Positions 27,167 to 37,981 of a stretch of 44,612 nucleotides of DNA are shown in pieces. This DNA comes from Patescibacteria group bacterium (GTDB lineage: Bacteria > Patescibacteriota > Minisyncoccia > UBA6257 > JAKLIH01), in assembly GCA_022705625.1 (NCBI GenBank), contig JAKJEE010000002.1:1-44612 (forward strand), given 5' to 3'. The notes beneath the pieces are model-generated. The model saw only the letters and a program-made list of their open reading frames with translations. It was not told where the DNA came from and searched no databases. How positions within the stretch are numbered: the first letter of the stretch is position 1; every line of letters begins with the position of its first letter. Position numbers and translations under genes: made by a program.

Positions 27167-30100
27167 TTATAATTTTTGATTTTTCTGCCGTCATTGTTCA
27201 ACAAGCTCTGCTACGGAATCTTGCGTTTCTGTTGTTTCTTTTCTTTCGTTACTTTGTTTGGGTTCATATTCTGGTAATGGTTCAACAATATAAGATCGAC
27301 AGTCTGATCCACCATTGTATTTTTTGGTATAGAAAAAATATTCAAAATTTTCTGAGCTAGGCGGAGGAATTCGACTATCTATTTCTAAAAAGAATTTAAC
27401 ACCATTTACTTCGGTATACCAAGCTTCTTTATCGGTAAACGGGTTAATACCTCGTTTAAATTTTCCTTTATATCAACTTTTATTTTCTAAAACATAAGTT
27501 TCTAACTCTTTTACTTTTTCATAATATTCGCTCGGGTTATCTTTATAGTATTGAATCATTTTTTGTTTGTGTTCTTCATAAAATTGATTCGGATTTCAAA
27601 TCATTTTGAAATCTTTCAATTTCAATTCAGAAAAAGGTGTTTCGTTATCTCAAAGCTTAGGTCCAGCATTTTTCAAATTATAATAATTATCAGAACGGGA
27701 ATTGTCAGAACGCACAACTTCTATCTCATATTTTCCCTTTAGCATAGCTTGAACAGTAGCCATAACACCGACTACTAATTCATCCCGTTCGTTCACAATG
27801 CCTGATATTAATATTGTTCTTTCGTCGCTATTAAATCTTTCTTTAGGATGATCTTCTCAACATTTTAATGAAGAGTTCAGGAGACCACCACAAACAGGAC
27901 AGCGCTGATAATATTGTTGTATGGCGACCGGGATCATTTCTATATTTTTAGCTACTTCTTTGTATCTTTTTATTGTTTCTTGCAGTCTATCAAAGTTCTC
28001 TTGAAAATTTGCTCAATCCTTCTCTTCTTTTGCCTCCTCACAATTCTGTATAAAATAGGATAATTTTTCTTGTTGTGAATAAGTTAGATATTTAGATCAT
28101 TCTATAAAACTTGGCGCCTCTGACTCCATCTCTTGTTTGAATTTTTCAATCTCTTCAATCATTTGAGAACTTTTTTGTTCTATTACTCTCTGTTTTTCTA
28201 TTATTTTAAAAGCTTCAATAGTATTTTCAGTAGTTCGATTTGCCTCTTCTTCATCTAAGAAATGGCGAGAAAAAATGGTGATGTCGTTAAAATTGCTATT
28301 ATTATAGTTATTAACCGACCTTTTCTCTCCCCAAATTGTAACTAGCTGTGCGTCCAATCCTGGATAGGACACAAATGGTTGTTGGTTCAAAGGATTGGTT
28401 CCATATTCAGTAGGTGGATACAAATAATGTTTAATATCTGTTTCTAAGGAAAAATCAGTAATAACTTTTTTCTCTAATATACCATCTTTTTCGGCTTGTA
28501 AAAAACAACTGGTTTTAATTTGTGCAACTATATTTTCTTTGGTTGCATCTAAATTTGTTTTTTGAGGATCGTATTCTGCTCCGTTAATCAAAATCATTAA
28601 TTTTTCCTGTGATGGTGTTTGCGGTCATGTTGTTAAATTGATAAAATCTTCTTTTTTCATCTCTATGGTGCACTTTCTGTTATACTCAGCGCCATTATAA
28701 AATTTATAAGATATTTGGTATTCAATTCCATTAATTACGATCTTGCTTGGGTTTTCTTCATTAATACGATCTTGATCTTCTTTCGATATCAAATCTTCTA
28801 ATTTAATTTTAAAATTGATTGTTCCTTCTTCTATGGCTTTTAAAAACTTTTGACGAGAATTAATTTCCCCTAATAAAAATATATAATAGGCGTCGTGTTG
28901 ATATTTATACGTTCACGGTTTATAGCCACTTTTATCTTTATCTTTAATATAAAACTCATATAATTTATTAAAAACCTCTTCGTTTGATTCGAAGGGAATG
29001 TATTTTTCAATAAAGCTTCTGTCTCCTGCAAAATAAATATTGGCAGTTTTTTTAGATTCTGGGACGTTGTCATAATCTCGTTCTATGACCTTTACATCAC
29101 TGTCTAGTAAACGATGCGTTTTTTCTTCGAATATTTTATCTTGTTCGGGGTCGTATAGGTAGGAAGATCTTTCCAACTCATATAGGTCTGGGGCTAACTT
29201 GAATATTCATTCTGGCTTAACTGTTTGACAATCTAAAGCAAAGGGCTTACTGGTTTCAACGACTTTATTGCAAACAAATAGGTCGGGATTTTTAGAAAAT
29301 AGAACAGAAGATGGGTGAATATATGCTGAAGATGAATCATGCCCATCATATTTACTTTTATGTTGATAAGTATGAAAACCTGACGATAAAAAGAGTTTAT
29401 CAAGAAGACCAGCAGTAATACAAAGACCAATCTTATCTGGATCTTCGTTTTTCTCAGCTTTAATATTGTTCTTTCTTAAGATTCTTAAAAGCTGGAGCCT
29501 TATTTCTTTAATTTCGTTTAAAACTTTGGGATTTAAAAAATTATCAACAGCCCATCGATAACTATAATTACTTTTTTCATAAGCTTTTCAAACATTCAAA
29601 AAAGTAATAAAATCTGAATCATTGTCTTCAAATTGTTCATGGACTTCATCAGCTTGTCGGGCTTTTTCTTTAGGTCTAACAAAAACATTTTTACCGCTCA
29701 GAAAAGCAGTAATAGTTACTATGGTTTCAGCATTGTTATATCTTTCTGATTCTACCAAAATTCTGCCAAGATGGGGTTCTAAAGGTAATTCATTCATAAT
29801 TTCACCATCTTGAGTAATATTTCCTTCTCGATCTAATGCTCCGATTTCTTTAAGAATGGTAATGGCTTCTTGAATGTTCTTAACTCCCGGTTGATCAATA
29901 AAATCAAAAGTGTCTGGAGATATTTTTAAGCTTTTCATAGTTAAAATAACATTGGAAAGATTAGCTCTGAGAATCTCTGGTGTCGAAAACTTATCAGCTT
30001 GATCAAAAGCAGCTTCGGTACATAGTCGATAACAAAAACCTGGCTGAACACGACCGGCCCTACCGGCTCTTTGCGTCAAACCCGATTGAGAATGCATATT

Positions 30101-31174
30101 TGTTTCTAAAGATTGAATACCTTTGTCAGGATCATATTTGATTTGCTTAATCAAGCAAGAATCAATAACATAAATAATACCGGGAATAGTAAGAGAGGTT
30201 TCAGCAATATTAGTAGAAACGATAATCTTTCTTTTGCCATTCTTGGTAAATATTTTATTTTGAGATTCGGGATCCATCTGCCCATAAAGAGGAAGAATTT
30301 CTATATTATCTTTGTTAGAAACTTCTAGATTAATTGCTTCAATGGTTTTTGATATCTCTTGCTCGCCGGGCATGAAAATTAAAATATCTCCAGCTTGGCT
30401 TGTTGTCAAAATCTCTTTTACTTTATCAGCGGCCAATGATGGAATTTGGTTAGGCACAGGGTTGTATGTTTCATAACTTATTTTTACAGGATATAATCGG
30501 CCTGGTATTTCTAGAGCGGGGGCAGAATCAAAATATTGAGCGAATTTTTCTTTTTCAATGGTGGCGGAACTAATGATTATTTTGAGTGGAGGCAATCCTT
30601 GCTCCTTTCTTTTGATCTGAGTTGCTTTAAGAAGCCCTAAAGAAAAATCAATGTTTTGACTTCTTTCGTGCGCTTCATCAACCATTACAGCCGAATAGCC
30701 TTCTAACAAAGGGTTAGATTGAATAATTCTTAAAAATATGCCATCAGTAATAAAATTTAGGCGAGTACCTTCAGTAGTATGATTGTCAAATCTTATTTGA
30801 TAACCGATTTCTTGACCGATTGGAACGTCTCTTTTAGAAGCTACGTATTTGCCAATCGAACTAGCCGCTAAAGGACGGGGTTGAGTAACCAGAATTTTAC
30901 CTTCTAAAATATCTAATAAATAGCCAGGTATTTCCGTAGTTTTGCCCGAACCAGTCGCTCCTATAATAAGACAAGATTCGTTATTTAAAATAGTTTCTTT
31001 GATTCTTGTTTCAAATCTTTGTATTGGTAATTCATTAAAGAATTTTTTTTCAGCTTGTTGATATTCATCGGTTTGCTTAGCTTTCATCAAAATTTCTTTT
31101 CTCGCGTTTTTAGGTTTTGTTAATATCTCTTTTACTAAATCAGATCTAAATTTTTTAAAATTAAGATTATTCAT
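27167..31174 (-). CDS. HrpA-like DEAH-box ATP-dependent helicase, 1335 aa, with a long unassigned C-terminal region. It has at least 11 in-frame TGA=Trp.
   Basis: The whole frame was checked for TAA/TAG in 27167-28097, 28598-28912 and 29177-29587. Motifs present: GATGSGKTT, VMVDEAHERS, SATIE, TNIAETSLTIPGI and QRAGRAGR. The HA2/OB-like segment W-KAYEKS..RWAVDNFL..IRLQL is also present. The ORF-track pieces 29588, 28913 and 28097 share a frame. Confidence 0.88.
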
Positions 31175-31689
31175 TAAAAAATTCTTATTTCTTTATTAAA
31201 TTCTTTATATACTAATTCTTCAGTTTTATCATAAAGATAATATTCTAACAAGAGAACCAACAATTTTAAAGAAGGACCAACAATAGTTGTTTTTTTAGCA
31301 CATTGAACTTCCTTTTTAATATCTTCAAATGCTTTTTTAACGGCTTTTAAATAATCTTTTTCTTCTTTATATGTAGACCAGTATTTTTCTACATCAATTT
31401 CTTGTGTTTCGATTTTATCGCCAGTTAATTCATTTTTATAGATTTGATTTTTAATAAAAAAATCATCTACCTCGTCCATACGTAAGGCTTGTCTTGGTAA
31501 ATGAGTAAAAATAATTATTTTTTGGTTATTGGTTTCTTCAAAAACAAATTCTGAACTCAGCGTAATACTTGTTTTTAAAACTTTCATTAGCCATTCAATA
31601 GGAAAAGATGAATTTACTAAAACGGCTTCTCCTTGAATTTGCAAAGAGTCAAATTCTAATAATGGTTTTACATATTCTATTGTTTCCAT
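31174..31689 (-). CDS. Hypothetical 171-aa protein, translationally coupled to the helicase (TAATG overlap).
   Basis: It is a clean ORF of host-like AT-rich composition. Its stop overlaps the helicase ATG by 1 nt. Confidence 0.6.
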   Translation of the reverse strand: METIEYVKPLLEFDSLQIQGEAVLVNSSFPIEWLMKVLKTSITLSSEFVFEETNNQKIIIFTHLPRQALRMDEVDDFFIKNQIYKNELTGDKIETQEIDVEKYWSTYKEEKDYLKAVKKAFEDIKKEVQCAKKTTIVGPSLKLLVLLLEYYLYDKTEELVYKEFNKEIRIF

Positions 31690-32163
31690 AAGTTAATTCT
31701 GTAATGGTATTTTAATCTATATAATAGCATATAATATTTTTTTTAAAAATACAACGCTTAGGCATTAAATTCTAATCTTCGCTGGGGTATATAACGTATT
31801 CTAAAAAAGCCATAAATTTGGGAATATAGATTAAGCACAAACTTAATTAATCGTTAAAATCCAAACTTATGATAGATAATAATATTATTACAGAGCAAAG
31901 GAATAGTCCTACGATATTTCTTAGACATAGCTGTTAAGCCCTTTCCCACACACAAAAGGATATGGCTAAGGCATTTGACAAAGATAGAACAACTAGCTAT
32001 CAAGAGGTTAAAATAAATAGAAATAATGAAAAATACCATAGCAACATAGCTAAGCCGAAAACTGAAGAAAGAAGAATAAAAATTTTCGATTTTGGTATTG
32101 AATGATTTTTATTTATGAAATTCAGTATGATTGTCGCTATATTTTTATTTTAATTTTTTATTT

Positions 32164-32751
32164 TTAAATATATAATCTGTGCTGGTTGATATAATCTATA
32201 ACTGGTTGAGGTGTTAGCCCGAAAATGCTCTTGTTTTTCTTTATTCTGACCCTAATGTCTGTTGAAGAAATATTGGTGGAAAGATTATCAATAAATGTAA
32301 AATTTTTTAGGCTATATGGTAAATTTTTTGGTATTTTGTTTCCCATTCTTTTTAATACTAAAAATTCGTAGTGTTTAATTAATTTTGTATAATCTATCCA
32401 TCCAGAAATATTTTTTAAATTGTCAGCACCAATAACAAAAAATAATTTATCTTGTTTGGCAATTTTCTTACTGAATTTATTTAATAGTTGGATTGTCCCC
32501 AAAAACTTTTTATTATAAATTTCATCTTTTTTAAGCAATACATTATCACTGTTATTAAAAAAATATTCTAATGCTAATTGGCACATTGCTAGCCGGTGTA
32601 TGGGGTCAATTAACGAATTCTTATCTGGCCTTAAGGGAGAAGGAACTACTCAAACACAATCAACTTTTTTAGAGTTTAAAACCTCGGCTATAGTAATAAG
32701 ATGGCCATATGTTATCGGGTTAAACCCTCCCCCTATAATTCCTATGTTCAT
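32164..32751 (-). CDS. nadD: Nicotinate-nucleotide adenylyltransferase NadD (195 aa), with one in-frame TGA.
   Basis: The N-terminus MNIGIIGGGFNPITYGH carries the (H/T)xGH motif. The SSTDIR motif is near the C-terminus. The frame was checked from 32581 to 32751. Confidence 0.88.
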
Positions 32752-32753
32752 TT

Positions 32754-34706
32754 TTAGTCTTTTAAAGTTTTAATTCATTCAAACACATCGGCATCACTTG
32801 GCATACGCCAATCACCACGAGGTGATAAGCTGACACTTCCAACCTTAGGTCCATCTGGCACGCAGTTTCTCTTAAATTGCTGAGAAAAAAATCTTTCATA
32901 AAACTTCCTGAGCCATTTCCTAATTATCTCTTGATTATATTTGCGATTGAAGGCAATATTAGCCAAAAACAAGATCTTATCCGGATGGCTACCATGTCTT
33001 AAGGTATGAAATAAAAAGAAATCATTTAATTCATATGGACCAATATCGTTTTCGGTAATCTGGGATATTTCTTCTTTGGGATTGACCGGCAAAAGCTCTG
33101 GGCTAATGGGAGTAGACAAGATACCTTCCAAAGCCGTCTTTGCTTCATTGGCTGAATTATTAGCAACTCATTTAACTAAAAAACTAACTAATGTTTTTGG
33201 AATACTACAATTAACATTATACATCGACATATGGTCCCCGTTAAAAGTGCATCAGCCTAAAGCTATCTCAGATAAATCGCCAGTACCTATAACTAAGCCA
33301 TTATGTTTATTAGCATAATTCATCAAATTTTGAGTCCTGGCTCTAGCCTGAACATTTTGATACGCAATGTCATGAATATTTTCATCTTGACCAATATCTT
33401 TAAATTGTTGTAGACAACTTGGCTTTATATCAATTTCTTTAATAGTACATCCTAGAGCTTTCATTAAGCTTACAGCATTGTCATATGTTTTATTGGTAGT
33501 ACCAAAACCAGGCATAGTGATAGCGATAATATTTTCTTTTGGAAGATTTAATAATTCTAATGTTTTATGGCAAACAAGTAAAGCTAAGGTTGAATCAAGC
33601 CCGCCGGAAACACCTATAATAACATTCTTTATGCCGGTATACTCTAATCTTTTTGCTAAGCCAGCTACCTGAATATTAAAAATCTCTGCACATCTTTTAT
33701 TAATAGTCTCTGGGTTTATTGGTATAAAAGGGCAAGGGTTGATTGTTCTGTCTAAAACTATCTTTTTATTGTTCAGTTTGTTAATTTCTTTAAAATCAAA
33801 ACTGACTGTTTGCACTTTAAATTGGCTAATACTATCATCATAAAGATCAGCAAAACTTTTGTTCACTAATCTGTCATTCTTTAAATTTAAAAGATCAATA
33901 TCAGCATAAATTATATTGTTTTCTCTTTGAAATCTTTTTGATCTGTTAAGTAAACTTCCATTTTCAGCAATAAGACAATCACCTCCAAAAACAACATCAC
34001 TGGTCGATTCAAATACCCCTGAAGAAGAATAAATATAAGCAGCAATAGCTCTAGCACTTTGTTGTAATACCAATTGCTCTCTATAATCACTTTTAGCAAT
34101 GAGTTCATTACTAGCAGATAAATTAAACAAAATCTCGGCTCCATTTATGGCTAAATAGGAGCTAGGCGGTATGGGCATTCATAAATCTTCGCAAATCTCT
34201 AAGGCAAATTTAAAATCTAAGTCCTTAACTTCGAAAACTAATTTACCAAAAGGAATTTCTTTGTTTAAGAATCTTACTTTATTTATTTGGTTAGAGATTT
34301 CGTTGCCTGAAGTGAACCATCTTTGTTCATAAAATTCTTTATAGTTAGGAAGAAACATTTTCGGAACAATCCCCAATATATCCCCTTTAAAAATTACAAC
34401 TCCGCAGTTGTATAATTTATCTCCTATAGTGATGGGCATACCTATATTTATAATTATAGGTAAGTTTTTTGTTTTTTCCAATAATGTGTTTAAGGCATCG
34501 TGGCTTGAAACAATTAAATTGTTTTGTAAAAATAAATCAGCGCAGGTATACCCTGTAAGACTAAGCTCTGGAAAACTAATCAGAATAGTGTTTTTAGCTT
34601 CTGCTTCCCTTACTATTTTTTCGATCTCTAATATATTATAGGAAGGATTAGCTATTTTAATTTTTGGAGTAGCTGAAGCTACTTTAATAAATCCATGATT
34701 ATACAT
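32754..34706 (-). CDS. nadE: Glutamine-dependent NAD+ synthetase NadE, long form (about 650 aa), with in-frame TGA=Trp at 34179, 33252, 33168 and 32775.
   Basis: It has an N-terminal CN-hydrolase domain (..EICEDL), GVSGGLDS (the ATP-PPase SGGxDS motif) and [18 protein letters not shown]. Read-through of the TGA at 32775 ends at a TAA 2 nt before the nadD ATG. Confidence 0.9.
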
Positions 34707-35370
34707 ATTTTTGATTTAATTTGATTATACATTTGTTATATCACAAATTTATATTTTATACAATTTTATTTCTCAAAATATTATTTAAAAATAATGCTTT
34801 GAGAAATAATGGTAATGTTTTCGTCTACTTCCAAAACTTTTAATTAACGCTAAGGTGCGATTTTGTTCTAGAAGCTTGGATATTTTTTAGAGTTTCTAAA
34901 AACTTTTAAGATAAAAAATTTCAAATCTTTTATATTTTAACTATAATAGTCAATGGTGTTAGTGTCCCTAAACAAAATGGTCTTGACAAAAGTTGGTGCG
35001 ATGTTAATACAACATATCGCTCTTTCTTCGCTAGATCACTCTAGCTCACGTTCGAATATCTTGGCATCAGCATTTTCTAATGCCGCCTCGTATAAACCCT
35101 GGCATCTATATCCTGAGTTTCTACTATTTTATAAAGATCCAAGAAAGCTTTTTTCGTACCTTCTGTGTCAAATTGAAGATTATGGTTTTCCTCTTTTTGC
35201 TTGGCTACTTACTGGCTGAGATTATTTATATTCTCCGTTGTCTTTACAATGGAGAACAACAATACTATTATGACTATTGCTATAGCCATTATTAACATAT
35301 TTTTTCTCATTTTTAATCTCTTTTTAGACAAAAATTTTATATATTTAAAGGTAATATGGATTCCCATTAG

Positions 35371-35404
35371 CTCAAGAAATTAAAATACTTTTTAATTTCT
35401 TGAG
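35371..35404. repeat. AT-rich perfect hairpin CTCAAGAAATTAAAA-tac-TTTTAATTTCTTGAG (copy 1).
   Basis: It is repeated at 36174-36207. The two copies bracket ORF 35684..36013. Confidence 0.8.
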
Positions 35405-35683
35405 AGATAGTGGGGAATAAAAATGACTGCATTTAAATTCCCCGTGGATGAGGTTTAACTCTTTGTCAATTCTATCAACCTTAAATAGAATTGAATGGGC
35501 TCTGCTTCCCCTCGGCTCACGTGTGTGATTTTTTATACTAGATCTCCCGTGATACAAACTAGTTACCCGTGCTTTTACCCCCATGGATTTTTAGGGGAAC
35601 CTAACAAAATTACTTTTGATAGAATATTTCGTTTCTATAGATCGGAGAATCTATAAAAAGACCGTGAAAGTATTTTTTTTCCT

Positions 35684-36013
35684 TTAGATAGGAATATCCA
35701 ATTTGGATACTTCCTCTTTTGCCTCTGAAATTCTTCTTTCAAATTCTTGTTGCTGCCGCAACGACTCGTTGAACCATTTACGCATTTTCCAGAGGTAATC
35801 AACTGCTTCCTCTAGAGTCAGGGGAATCCAACATGAAAAGTTGTTGCAAGGGCTTTGGTCGTAGTAGGAAGCGGAATAACCGCTTTCATTCTTTCTCACC
35901 CGCTGAGTCTTATTGTTGCACGGATGCGTTCCGAGCAACTCTTCTCCATTTTGCATAGTTGCAAGGTTTTCTCTTGCAACTGTCTTCGAACTGATCATCT
36001 TACTTATTAACAT
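35684..36013 (-). CDS. Hypothetical 109-aa protein (cassette gene).
   Basis: A GGAGGG Shine-Dalgarno site is present. Local GC is about 43-45%. All three Trp codons are TGG. The stop is TAA. Confidence 0.5.
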   Translation of the reverse strand: MLISKMISSKTVARENLATMQNGEELLGTHPCNNKTQRVRKNESGYSASYYDQSPCNNFSCWIPLTLEEAVDYLWKMRKWFNESLRQQQEFERRISEAKEEVSKLDIPI

Positions 36014-36173
36014 TTTACCCTCCTAGGTATCTGCTGCCTGCCACTTGGTCAGGACTTATCCAGATTATAAAACATTTTTTCCTCATATAGTTTTGCTGCT
36101 TCCAGCATATAAAAGTTAAAAGATTTAACTTCTATACGCTGAAAACATTATTTTTAAAGAACATTTCTACTTC

Positions 36174-36207
36174 CTCAAGAAATTAAAATACTTTTTAATT
36201 TTTTGAG
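36174..36207. repeat. AT-rich hairpin, copy 2.
   Basis: It is near-identical to 35371-35404. Confidence 0.8.
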
Positions 36208-36532
36208 AGAATATTTTTAAATTTTAAAGAACAAAATCTATGTGTTCAAGAATTTAATCTCTTACATTCTTGAAGTATAGGGAGGAGCTTTAAACTCTTT
36301 TTTTGTTTTTTCAACAAGCGCTCCTCCTTTTTACTTGTTGAAAATTTTTTCCCTAATTTCTTTTTTAAAGTAAGTTAGTTTAGGAAATACATACTTACTA
36401 ACTAGAAAGTTTTAGTCTTTTATCTTTCTAGGTTTTCCCTGAGTTCATCAGGACCCTCTTAGCTCTTGCTTTGGTTATATGACCGGTAGGTCAGCAAGTT
36501 CCCGCAGTCTGACGAGGGGTCTGCGGGGATCC

Positions 36533-36967
36533 TTAATTTCCAGTAGGAGTTGTGTGGTCCTCCTGGGACAAAATCCAAGTCTTGTCTTTATAAGAGACAT
36601 AAACTCGGTTTTGCCCAAGGGAAGTACCTACTGATGAAGCTATCTCATCCAATAAAGATTGAACTTCTTCATCAGGTAAGTTCCGTGCATAAAGCACGGA
36701 CACTTCTCCTTGGAAATTTGCTACTGGTTCAGAGGCTCCTTGAGCCTCTCCTTTTCCTTCTGACCAAGCATAAACTACTTGGCCGGGAAATACATTCCCG
36801 GTAAGGAAAGGAAGGCCTTTTGAAGCCCTTTCTTTCATCCATCCTTTTAAGAGGTCAACTGCCTCTTCAAAAGAATGAATTTTGCCAGTATCTCCATAAC
36901 CTTCTTGCAGACCGAAAGTTATGGAGAAAGGCCTTTTGACTCCTTCGGAGTCAAATATTTTTTTCAT
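36533..36967 (-). CDS. Hypothetical 144-aa protein (cassette gene).
   Basis: A perfect AGGAGG Shine-Dalgarno site lies 6 nt upstream. The 60-nt sample I counted is 43% GC. All three Trp codons are TGG. The stop is TAA, followed by the hairpin CCCGCAG..CTGCGGG. Confidence 0.6.
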   Translation of the reverse strand: MKKIFDSEGVKRPFSITFGLQEGYGDTGKIHSFEEAVDLLKGWMKERASKGLPFLTGNVFPGQVVYAWSEGKGEAQGASEPVANFQGEVSVLYARNLPDEEVQSLLDEIASSVGTSLGQNRVYVSYKDKTWILSQEDHTTPTGN

Positions 36968-37224
36968 CTTTGCCTCCTTTCAGACAAAAATTTCACACAA
37001 TTAGCGGGAGTGTGATTCCCATACTGCTTTTCAGCAGCCAAATTATAGTTTTTTTAAACTAAAACTTGGCTGCTGAAAAATATTTTTAAATTGCTTTTGG
37101 CCACAAACAATACTTGGTGATTGGCTGGGCGATCAAAATAATTTTAATTTAAATTAAAATTGCTTTGATCGCCGACCAAAGAGGTGAGTTAATCCTCTTT
37201 TCGACGTAAACATAATTTATATGT

Positions 37225-37362
37225 TTAGGTGTGGCCTTGATTTGAGCTGTCTTGCTCACGAATCAAAGAAATATAAATTGTTTGATCGTCTTCTTCAAAC
37301 AATACATATATTTTTTCCACGAGACGAAAAATTTTCATAAATGTGCGACTGCCGCCAGACAT
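37225..37362 (-). CDS. Possible 45-aa ORF (MSGGSRTFMKIFRLVEKIYVLFEEDDQTIYISLIRE..), perhaps a toxin-like fragment.
   Basis: It has an ATG at 37360-37362 and a TAA stop. It is short, has no clear Shine-Dalgarno site and has no family I can name. Confidence 0.2.
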   Translation of the reverse strand: MSGGSRTFMKIFRLVEKIYVLFEEDDQTIYISLIREQDSSNQGHT

Positions 37363-37419
37363 ATTCCGGTGACAGTTAAAAATCTTGGTTTGAAGATTTT
37401 TAACTGTCAAAAGAATTAA

Positions 37420-37889
37420 AAAAACTCCATTGCTTTAACCGCTAACCAGCAGATGAAAGAAAAGGAGTTTTCTTTGACTTTTATATGTTAAATATAAAAT
37501 TATCTGCCCGCTAATGCGGCTAAATTTAGCACCTTTCTATATAGTAATAGAAGGTTGCTGGATAACTATAACGAGTTAGTTCTCATAACTACATAAATAT
37601 AGTTTAGTTATCTCTCAGGATAATTATTAAATTGTTATTAAAGAACGAACAAATTGTATAAAAAGAAAAACCTCTTTCGTTTATTTCGCAAGACGTACGG
37701 AATAAAAGAAAAAGGGTTTGAGTATTCTTTTATCCGTCCGCAATTTGCGGCTGAGATTAGCACCTTATTATGTAAATAGGTTGCTGGATAGCTGTGACGG
37801 GTCAGTTCCCGTAACTATATATAAATATAGTTTTGCTATCGCTCTAGATAATATCTTTCTTTTGCTTAAGAACAATTTGATTTTGTTGT
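37420..37889 (-). ncRNA. Putative ~470-nt noncoding transcript carrying two tandem paralogous ~127-nt structured modules (37728-37853 and 37498-37625).
   Basis: A consensus promoter lies immediately upstream. The modules are about 70% identical and share the same helices. Compensatory changes are seen (GATAAC/GTTATC vs GATAGC/GCTATC, and ACGAG/CTCAT vs ACGGG/CCCGT). There is no ORF. A distal hairpin AAAACTCC..GGAGTTTTTTT lies at about 37421-37471. Confidence 0.5.
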
Positions 37890-37895
37890 AATTTT

Positions 37896-37924
37896 ATTAT
37901 ATCATATCTTTTCTGTTTTGTCAA
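37896..37924 (-). promoter_or_regulatory. Consensus promoter TTGACA-17-TGATATAAT driving the structured RNA.
   Basis: The hexamers lie at 37919-37924 and 37896-37901. The upstream block CACAAGTGGGTATTGACAAAA is shared with the promoter at 27033. Confidence 0.65.
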
Positions 37925-37981
37925 TACCCACTTGTGAAAAACTCGATTGAACTGCTTTATCCAAAATAAAAGCAACTAAAA

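Noticed and set aside
31962-32153. A possible 63-aa plus-strand ORF (with one TGA=Trp) lies in the gap between the helicase operon and nadD. The minus-strand ORF 31854..32039 also lies there.
   Set aside because: Neither has a recognisable family, the start context is weak and the sequence is AT-rich and low-complexity. I cannot support either as a gene.
34990-35310. A minus-strand reading frame starting MRKNMLIMAIAIVIIVLLFS.. continues plausibly through in-frame TAA and TAG codons. I considered a second recoding (TAA/TAG sense) or a phage-type code.
   Set aside because: Only three stops fall in about 100 codons, there is no homology and the Shine-Dalgarno site is weak. It is more simply a degraded gene or chance ORFs, and the evidence is insufficient for another code.
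37498-37853. I tried to assign the tandem RNA modules to known classes: TPP riboswitch (CUGAGA), T-box, glycine tandem riboswitch, type III antitoxin repeats, and retron or guide RNAs.
   Set aside because: CUGAGA is present in only one copy. There is no T-box GGUGGUACCGCG-like element and no glycine-aptamer consensus. The units are far longer than type III antitoxin repeats. No RT, TnpB, IscB or recombinase gene is adjacent. The modules are left unassigned.
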